Of a DNA stretch of 64,000 nt, positions 59,101 through 64,000 are shown piece by piece. The DNA lies in the IMG/VR virus record IMGVR_UViG_3300032265_001317, positions 1 through 64,000 of that record, one strand, 5' to 3'. The notes beneath the pieces were generated by a model. The model searched no databases, had not been told where the DNA came from, and saw nothing but the letters and a program-made list of their open reading frames with translations. Each line of letters starts with the position of its first letter. Within the stretch, counting starts at the first letter, position 1. Source of the stretch: a virus. The translations under genes were made by a program, and so were the position numbers.

Positions 59101-62100
59101 ACACATTGTCAAATGTTGCAGTGGGCGAATATGTCAAAGTTAAAAACAGCGGCGACGGCAATTATATCATACTAGAAAAAATGCCTACTGGCTCAGTGGG
59201 TACGTTTGGCAATGATTACAATATTGTTTATAAACAAAATGGAACAATACAAATATCTGATGCAGTATGGAATACAGCTAATAGTACCTATGGTTTTGAT
59301 CAGATATCGAGCTTTGACCAAACATTGTATGATCAGACTCCTGATTTAGAATTGCAATATTTGTTATCTGCATTAAAGAATGATATTTTTATAAATGAGC
59401 TAAAAGTTAATTGGAATAAATTCTTTTTCAAAGCAGTAAAATATGCAATGTCCGAACAAAAATTACTAGACTGGGCATTTAAAACTTCATTTATTAATGT
59501 TATTAATAATGCAGGTGCGTTGGATCAACGTCCTGTTTATAAACTTCAAAACACACAATATTTTGAAGATTACATTAGCGAAGTAAAACCTTACCATAGT
59601 CAAATACGTTCGTTCACAACGCAATACGATAATCTAGATCAATCACACAGTTATACAACTGACTTTGATTTGCCTACACATTATAATGGCGACACAGGAA
59701 TTTTTACTTCTATAACCGCAGACAGTACATTAACCAATGTATACCCATGGAAGTCATGGAGCGATAACAGAACATTTACTGTAGGAAGTATTGTGGTTGG
59801 TAATCCGGGCGCAGGATACACCATATCGCCCACTGTTGAAATTACTGCACAACCGGGCGATCTTGGAACAGGTGCGACCGCTGTTGCATACATACGTTCT
59901 GGAGAGATAATTTCTATAGAAGTTACTAATCCTGGTAGCGGATATTTGGTTCCGCCAATAGTTAGTATCAAGGGCGGAGGCAGCACAACCTTAACACCTG
60001 CTAGAGCCTATGCACAACTCTATAATGGTAAAGTACGTTCAAATACTATTGAAATGAAATTCGATCGTATTAATCGTTCTAATCAGATTGGAGATATACG
60101 AGTTTCTGATTCCTTTATCTGTAACGGAATACAAAACGAATGGACACTCGGTTGGTTAGCTGATGCAAACAAATTGGATATCACAGTTACCCTTGATAAA
60201 ATACGTGTGCTAAGTGCAGATTACACCATAACTTATTACACAGAAAAATACAATGGTTATAATAAAAAATATTGCAAAATTGTTTTCTTAAATTATATTC
60301 CAAAAAATAATCAAATACTTTCAGTATCTTACAGAAAATCTAAAAATCTGTTCACGGCATTAGAAAGAATTGAAAATTATTATGAACCAACAAGCGGAAT
60401 GCCTGGAAAAGTTCCAGCTCAGTTAATGAGCGGGTTAGAATATCCTAGAACACAAATTCAAGGGTTAGGCTTAACTGCAACTACACATTGGGACGTATTG
60501 TTTGGAACAAATGTATATTCTGGCTTTGGTGATGCATCTTATGCAGATGATATTTCTTATTATACCACAGTTTCTTTAACTGGCACAGCACCTGCTGGTA
60601 CCAGTACTGTATCGGTTAGCACAACTACAGGATTAATGGTTGGACAGTTTGCAAATATTATCAGTAATACTGTAAATCAGTTCAGTACCTCAACTGTGAA
60701 AATAAAGTCAATTGATACAGCCGGCTCTAGTGTAACATTTAATTCAACTATTATTAACACATTGACTAACGCCACAATTGAATTATGGACATATGATCAA
60801 AATTCAACAACATTAGATACAGCTATTGATGGCGGCAATTTAATATACAATACTGCCTTGGGAATCAATCCAGACGAAATTGTTATTGATGGCGACAAAT
60901 TTTATACTCCTAGTACTGGATTTGCTCCTGAAGAGTTATTAGACGGACAGGTAACTGAAAGTCTTGGTATCAATGTATATACAAAAAATGCCAACGGTGC
61001 TCCTTTAATTTTTTCTAGCTCTTTTGATATAGATGCAAATGTTCAAGTTGTAGAATCTTTAACTATGATTCCGACTACAGTTAATAGCATTACTGTGAGT
61101 TTTAATAATAGGGTATTTGCTTATAACTCTACCACAAACTTTATGTCAACTTCGGAGTTTAATATAGATTGGGGAACTGGTTCTATTATTCTTCCTCCTC
61201 AATCGATTGGTGGAAAAGTATCTTATAGAATCATTGGTATCGGTGGAGGCAACCCAGATGCATTTGCCGGTGTTATCGATTATCAAATACTTTCTGAGCA
61301 CGATGAAGCCGTTGGTACTGTGGTAAGTTTATCGGGTATTAATACTGTAAAGAGTGCGTTTGTTACCGTGGATGGTATCGCTATCAGTACAGGAACTACT
61401 GGTTTATATTATACATTAGGACCAGATAGTCTTTTAAACGAAAGAGCCGCAGTAACAGTATATAATTTGCCAAGCGGTGCAAATACAATACAAGCATGGT
61501 TCTTTGGAACTGATGTCAATTATTATAATGAATTAGAAGAGCAAATATTTACTGTTGGTGTTGGGTTGCCTGTAACTTCTTTTGTTCTTACAAACCCGCC
61601 AAATGTAATACATCCTGCTGATGCAGAAGTTCTTGTAGAAATCAAAGACGGCGCTGGCCGCCGTCAATTGCTACCACCTTATATCAGTTATTATCAAGTT
61701 ACCAATACCAACGATAGAACATTTACTATTGATAATCATGTATTACGTCCACCTTCGACTTACAACTTGAATACAGTTAGAGTATATCGTAATGGAGAAG
61801 TGTTGTTACCTGGCTTTGATTTTAATGTCAATGTTAACGACAATACTGTTACTGTATATCCAAATATTTTAGCAGTGGGTGATGCTATTGCTGTATTAGG
61901 ATTGGTACCGGGTGATTATGATTATGACATTGTTGGAAATATTTTAAATGTTCCACTACAGTCTGGTCAAGGCGTGTTGAATGCCGAAATAAAAATTATT
62001 ACCTATAACGATCAAGATGGAATGCTGATTCAGGCAGAAAGATTTCCTGGAAATGCCAACAAGAGATTTAAACTTAGTAGATCCGTTCTACATTTAGATT

Positions 62101-63281
62101 ATGTTTGGGTCAGTTTAAATGGTGTTCCTCTAAAGAGCGGAATTGATTATGATGTACTTGACGATGCAGTAACGCTACAATTATCTGATGCATTTATCAT
62201 AACATCTGCGGATGACATTTTAGTTACCAGTATTAGTAGTAATAAATTATCTTCTACTGTGCTCGGCTATAGAATTTTTATTGATATGCTTGGCAGAACT
62301 CATTATAAGCGTCTAAGCAAGCAGGCAACCACACGACTAACACAGCCGTTGTCTTATACAGATACAGAAATTTATGTGGAAGATTCAACAGTTTTAACTC
62401 CTCCGTTGTTATCACAAAAAATACCAGGAGTTGTGCTGATTGATGGAGAACGTATTGAGTATCTACAAATTGATGGAAATGTTTTAAGAAAATTACGCAG
62501 AGGAACATTGGGTACATCACCATCTTTCTATGCAGATATCAATACAAAAGTAATTGATCAGAGCCCTAGTCAGACAGTTCCTTACACTGAAATACCTAAA
62601 AAACAGATACAATTTACACGTTCATCTACTAACATTTATAACATTAGTACTGGAACATTTAGTACAGCAACAACATTTAATACAGGTACAGTTATTAAAT
62701 CTGATGGTATTTTATTGTCGCAGGCATTTACTGCTGAAAATCAAATAGCGGTATATTACGGCGGCAGAGAGCTAAGAAAAACAGGATCATTTATTCACGA
62801 TACGACTTTTGCTTATGATAGTCCTCCTGGATCTGTTCTAGGAACTACCGCAACTGTAGCAGGGTTGCCATTGACCACAACAATAGGAGATTCATATATT
62901 GTAACCTCTACAAATCAAGTATGGGTTTATACCGGTGATACCAAAATTGACGCAGTTAAAGGATATGTTTACCAAGGATTGACTTATCTTGCCCCGGAGT
63001 TTACTGTTAATACTTCTACTGGCGTTTTAATGTTAAATATGTCTAAAGAGGTCCAAGATGATATTGAACTTGTTATTGTACAAAAACAATACAGTCAAAC
63101 AGCAGAATGGAACAACTATGGAATTTCGTTAATGAATAGTACTACCGACCCTGCTAAATTCTTACAACAACAGCCTGCGGAGCTACCAGATATTTGGTAC
63201 TACGGCGGCGACGTTACACTAAGAACTAGTGGAGGAACTCCATTAACTGATGGAAATCAGGAACCAATACAAGGATTTTAA
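50157..63281 (+). CDS. Giant baseplate-associated structural protein (4374 aa; gp7-like position)
   Basis: Single ORF following gp6; VKPYHSQIR motif, NPGxGY repeats, FG-GAP-like propeller repeats. Confidence 0.8.
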   Translation: MANSIKTINLLPEFLRTDKNSKFLSSTVDQWIKKPELERIDGYVGSTLTPTYNSTADVYISESLPLRKQYQLEPAVVIKDNQSIVTGAVAIDDLVNEISIKGGQTGNFDKLFRSEFYSYDPHIDLDKLVNYTEYYWLTTGPNTVVISGQPTNTTSTFTVVDNEVKSAFIFTPNGLTPNPIVTLYRGNTYNFEISSVYKFYVKTDSSSGPFGLLTRNITNNGITTGTITLTVDQYTPETLYYISETDDKVQGQFVIKDSTQNSIIDVEKEVIGKKSYRSGTGIELSNGMKVRFGGTVIPESYQNKEYWVEGVGESISLIDYELLSSPEAMASVFDENFDATGFDDYPFDNFKTLPITPEYITINRASKDLNPWSRYNRWVHSDVIRISAEASGQDPVYSVNLRAKRPIIEFKADLKLYNFGTTGATNVDLIDNVTHDAFSAVEGSAGYYVDGLLLQQGQRIIFNADTDSTVREKIYEVNYVTVNGYKSRLQLVPVTTSISGCSVSVNYGNDFAGTAWWYNGSNWVYAQQHNKLNQAPLFDLFDKNGYSYSDTTAYQSNFSGTKIFGYEVGTNGANDAVLGFPLKYKNSVGVGSYLFKNYFTTDQISVSVNNVETISVSAGQTFLKFAHAAGDVYSNVWTATEPYPIPLNANGYYDTPLGLTNNPLNGPISNFTLSEISDHLGTAVARLPNFVGAFPGVSNLRDRPDVARYASRLISNANPMAFAHLFIGKKEHSIVDAVTKVGDQYNQFKMSFLNKMISVGNLNNPIASVDTILAELNLGKNLQSPYFLSDMIAYGNDKVTRQWTVKNIRNTVYPISADFDPVALGLRSVLVYLNGSQLVLGQDYNFITNDSSIEILTTLMLGDVITVNDYATTEGCFVPPTPTKLGLYPKFKPAKYIDDTYATPTPVIQCHDGSIMVAYNDFRDDIVLELEKRIYNNIKAVYQTELFDINSVIPGAFRNSEYTLADCNSILINDFIKWSGFYGIEYTENSTFDPDNSFTWNYSGSTNKLLSIQVDGNWRAVYKFFYDTDRPHTAPWEMLGLTAMPDWWESLYGPAPYTNGNLLLWEDLEKGLIKYPSGWVRDPIYARPDLRNIIPVDEGGNLLDPTVLLSEYTPYSVRQNWKFGDLGPAETAWRRSSHWPFALQKLLALLKPASYASLMYDPSRMTQNKAGQWSYDIAGSFLNPKNVKIFDTLTTLTSGYSVLLVESGKQRSVNYVNELTQDLNFFDINLFHKVGGFVNKGNLQIVIDAYEPTSTGPGALLPQENYQLYLNTSNPVNTTSISGLIIQKVDGKFVIKGYDKYRPYFTVYTPVRNSSTPTLSVGGISSPYINWSAGTADAGASNLNSIDLTTANSSPVGKFYKTGQIVNYGNRYYIVIKDHYAESVFNVAYYQSLPSLPISGGATVQTYYKFDKVGVRIPYGTQFDNIQQVYDFIVGYGDWLSDQGFIFNQYNSTLNSVLDWNFTAKEFLYWTTQNWANNSIIALSPFADQLQFKFSNSVVDNIFDSFYDYGILKENGLEFPKNNLNIGRDEGVCTIRSINTTEGIYFAQLNSVQKEHAMVFDNTTVFNDTIYDIETGYRQRRVKLIGFRTANWNGDYFTPGFVYDTAQISTWAQFTDYKYGEVVRFNSKYYSAIQDVIGSSKFDFTKWVLLGSKPVAELIPNFDYKINQFEDFYSLDIDNFDSNQQELAQHLVGYTPRVYLNNIFINPIAQYKFYQGFIKEKGSKNSIIKLSKASIQNQQGSISFNEEWAFRVGSYGSYETYNEIETTLHEGSFKSNPQAINFVDTVPVVPDDLLLYKTPGNLAIVPDDYVPSSTFVTTSTSNFELMTAGYVNLNDVTSTAYNEDSFIAIANTRALNDGEVIWLGNTNNGDWDVRRYQRSTAGIISVQIYNPAESISFSTDVPHELSIGEIISVSQYDDQVNGVYRVIDILSRTEFVVSSTLSFITTFTTDSPGLLFSFKSVRYSNFDSIPLDQELQELPYGAKFWIDNDISSSWKVYEKIDNYSITHITTNTSGSYYGATIYKNKGENIVIEASPYYSSPSRFDIGTIFVKYIDLDGYIFNYNINQASYNQYYTGTVHTEFGASVVYDSQEYNNTGFGLFYAGAPGTSGIKSSSSPTGLRYASAAGTASSRVHEGLVKISSVDPLLFTEFTEHVLLSPAPASYDRFGQSIFVQTSNTSTKSLLVGAPGNNGVLAGAVHLYNISLNTTTNITFNRSISPLVYWLGGEWGYSISGLSNASTVAISAPSYQQGVGYVAILTGTNYTNLSQIIFGNTAGLDKKSRFGDKVILSNDGTYLFATAPGFINFDNSKGAVAVFKSVNGAFEFKQLITNPVAGPGMTFGQDIDIGTMSDKLIVSALGTDRIDRSFDNKLADNTTFDSKTTIFEDSMTKSGCVFVYDRYNERFVFAQEINPGNLTTATNFGQSIVLDDTDVLIGAPNINITADGQTDYSATYRYSKIDPLADSWKILRQFDNLVDVNTLQKVRLIDTSNDTVVTYLDVIDPLKGKISGIADEEIRYKTSVDPAIYSIGTTSTTVLQDTNWTDIQVGELWWDLSTVKYVWYEQGDLNYRKNNWGMLFPGSSIDIYEWVESTYLPSEWAALADTANGIAKGISGQPKFPDNTVLSVKQGYDSVSNSFTNIYYFWVKNKVLVPETKNRRMSSYDVASLINDPSYNGSMYAAIISGNGVMLSDVASELVGDRINLNIAFDNIKNQIPRHTEWLLIEENSVTSAPNTLLEKKLIDSLLGHDSLGNAVPDPALSSRVRYGIGIRPQQTLFKDRLGALRNLVEFSNSVLKENIITGRYNFSNLNAQESIPDQYSHEYDRIVEDNYTLETIDTRKLSQAKLTAQIYDGRVIGVTIDNPGFGYIISPTVTVTGNCISSAVITTAIDSSGRVISVDIVDAGNGYSATPTLEVRPFTVIVLADSIYNGKWSKFVWKSELALFVRSHTQKYNTSLYWNKVDWTSADYNQYQDYLFTVDAVYGIYTLSNVAVGEYVKVKNSGDGNYIILEKMPTGSVGTFGNDYNIVYKQNGTIQISDAVWNTANSTYGFDQISSFDQTLYDQTPDLELQYLLSALKNDIFINELKVNWNKFFFKAVKYAMSEQKLLDWAFKTSFINVINNAGALDQRPVYKLQNTQYFEDYISEVKPYHSQIRSFTTQYDNLDQSHSYTTDFDLPTHYNGDTGIFTSITADSTLTNVYPWKSWSDNRTFTVGSIVVGNPGAGYTISPTVEITAQPGDLGTGATAVAYIRSGEIISIEVTNPGSGYLVPPIVSIKGGGSTTLTPARAYAQLYNGKVRSNTIEMKFDRINRSNQIGDIRVSDSFICNGIQNEWTLGWLADANKLDITVTLDKIRVLSADYTITYYTEKYNGYNKKYCKIVFLNYIPKNNQILSVSYRKSKNLFTALERIENYYEPTSGMPGKVPAQLMSGLEYPRTQIQGLGLTATTHWDVLFGTNVYSGFGDASYADDISYYTTVSLTGTAPAGTSTVSVSTTTGLMVGQFANIISNTVNQFSTSTVKIKSIDTAGSSVTFNSTIINTLTNATIELWTYDQNSTTLDTAIDGGNLIYNTALGINPDEIVIDGDKFYTPSTGFAPEELLDGQVTESLGINVYTKNANGAPLIFSSSFDIDANVQVVESLTMIPTTVNSITVSFNNRVFAYNSTTNFMSTSEFNIDWGTGSIILPPQSIGGKVSYRIIGIGGGNPDAFAGVIDYQILSEHDEAVGTVVSLSGINTVKSAFVTVDGIAISTGTTGLYYTLGPDSLLNERAAVTVYNLPSGANTIQAWFFGTDVNYYNELEEQIFTVGVGLPVTSFVLTNPPNVIHPADAEVLVEIKDGAGRRQLLPPYISYYQVTNTNDRTFTIDNHVLRPPSTYNLNTVRVYRNGEVLLPGFDFNVNVNDNTVTVYPNILAVGDAIAVLGLVPGDYDYDIVGNILNVPLQSGQGVLNAEIKIITYNDQDGMLIQAERFPGNANKRFKLSRSVLHLDYVWVSLNGVPLKSGIDYDVLDDAVTLQLSDAFIITSADDILVTSISSNKLSSTVLGYRIFIDMLGRTHYKRLSKQATTRLTQPLSYTDTEIYVEDSTVLTPPLLSQKIPGVVLIDGERIEYLQIDGNVLRKLRRGTLGTSPSFYADINTKVIDQSPSQTVPYTEIPKKQIQFTRSSTNIYNISTGTFSTATTFNTGTVIKSDGILLSQAFTAENQIAVYYGGRELRKTGSFIHDTTFAYDSPPGSVLGTTATVAGLPLTTTIGDSYIVTSTNQVWVYTGDTKIDAVKGYVYQGLTYLAPEFTVNTSTGVLMLNMSKEVQDDIELVIVQKQYSQTAEWNNYGISLMNSTTDPAKFLQQQPAELPDIWYYGGDVTLRTSGGTPLTDGNQEPIQGF

Positions 63282-63283
63282 AA

Positions 63284-64000
63284 ATGCCACAAGTTAATAC
63301 GCTACCGTTATTAAGCACAACTACTAACCAAACATACTTTGTTGTGGTTGATAATAATCTGACCAAAAGATTAAACTTTTCAACACTCTTTAGTAATTTT
63401 GCCGGCCCTACTGGTAGTCAAGGACCCATTGGACCATTTGGTAGTACAGGCCCTAAAGGTTTTACAGGCAGTATAGGATACATTGGTAGTCAGGGTATAC
63501 AGGGGTATATCGGTAGTCAAAGTATTGTTCCTGGATTTGTTGGTAGCCCTGGATTTGTAGGAAGTCAAGGATCTGGTTTTACTGGATCAAAAGGAGATCC
63601 TGCTGGCTATACAGGTAGCCAAGGATATTATGGATCAAAAGGCGATCCGGGCGGTTACACAGGTAGTCAAGGATTTGTAGGCAGCGCCGGCGTTGGATTC
63701 ACTGGTAGTCGTAGCACATTGGTAGGATATTTTGGTAGCCAAGGATATAACGGTAGTCCTGGATTTACTGGTAGTGCCAGTACCGCAAGTGGATACACCG
63801 GTAGTGCCGGATACGACGGAAGTGTAGGATTTACTGGTAGCTTTGGTGCTACTGGATTCAACGGCAGTGCTGGTCGAGATGGATACACCGGTAGTCAAGG
63901 TTATGCAGGAAGTCGAGGATATACAGGTAGTGTAGGCTATATTGGTAGCTTTGGATTTACTGGAAGTTTAGGATTCACTGGAAGTTTAGGATTCACTGGA
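63284..64000 (+). CDS. Gly-X-Y repeat (collagen/polyglycine-like) fibre protein, truncated at the right window edge
   Basis: ATG at 63284 just after the upstream stop; MPQVNTLPLLS... then G[FY]xGSx repeats open to the end of the window. Confidence 0.85.
   Translation, partial: MPQVNTLPLLSTTTNQTYFVVVDNNLTKRLNFSTLFSNFAGPTGSQGPIGPFGSTGPKGFTGSIGYIGSQGIQGYIGSQSIVPGFVGSPGFVGSQGSGFTGSKGDPAGYTGSQGYYGSKGDPGGYTGSQGFVGSAGVGFTGSRSTLVGYFGSQGYNGSPGFTGSASTASGYTGSAGYDGSVGFTGSFGATGFNGSAGRDGYTGSQGYAGSRGYTGSVGYIGSFGFTGSLGFTGSLGFTG

Noticed and set aside
39598-63898. Short minus-strand and alternate-frame ORFs within the baseplate genes
   Set aside because: Fully overlap well-supported long genes; shadow ORFs
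1-64000. Stop-codon reassignment, as in some large phages
   Set aside because: Standard-code ORFs tile the window densely; TAG and TGA appear to act as real stops (GIY-YIG gene; gp46 and gp55)
1-64000. Diversity-generating retroelement or invertible fibre cassette
   Set aside because: No reverse transcriptase or recombinase gene and no adenine-specific repeat pair noticed

Overview
This 64 kb window is the virion-morphogenesis region of a large T4-like (myovirus-type) bacteriophage, AT-rich and using the standard genetic code. Left arm (minus strand): a cluster of very large Thr/Ser/Gly-rich fibre and appendage genes, then the head module (gp23 capsid, gp22 scaffold, gp21 protease, acidic core protein, gp20 portal) and a probable tape-measure gene. 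Centre: a gp26/gp51-like pair, a probable head-internal protein, a sigma70-driven operon (gp47-gp46-orf-Hc1-like-GIY-YIG) and a gp55-like late sigma factor. Right arm (plus strand): the baseplate module (gp53, hub, gp5-like spike with lysozyme, gp25, gp6, a 4374-aa wedge protein) and a truncated Gly-rich repeat protein. Most notable: (1) a ~440-nt non-coding, extensively base-paired minus-strand element starting at the stop codon of a minimal GIY-YIG nuclease, a candidate nuclease-associated large ncRNA; (2) a 3209-aa protein with 13 CxRD repeats resembling the bilin-binding helix of phycobiliproteins; (3) a T-TTT-TTC -1 frameshift site that would fuse the gp26-like and gp51-like ORFs; (4) TAAATA late promoters only 4-5 nt before ATGs, implying leaderless late mRNAs; (5) two three-hairpin 5' leaders. 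All family assignments come from motif recognition by eye, not database searches.
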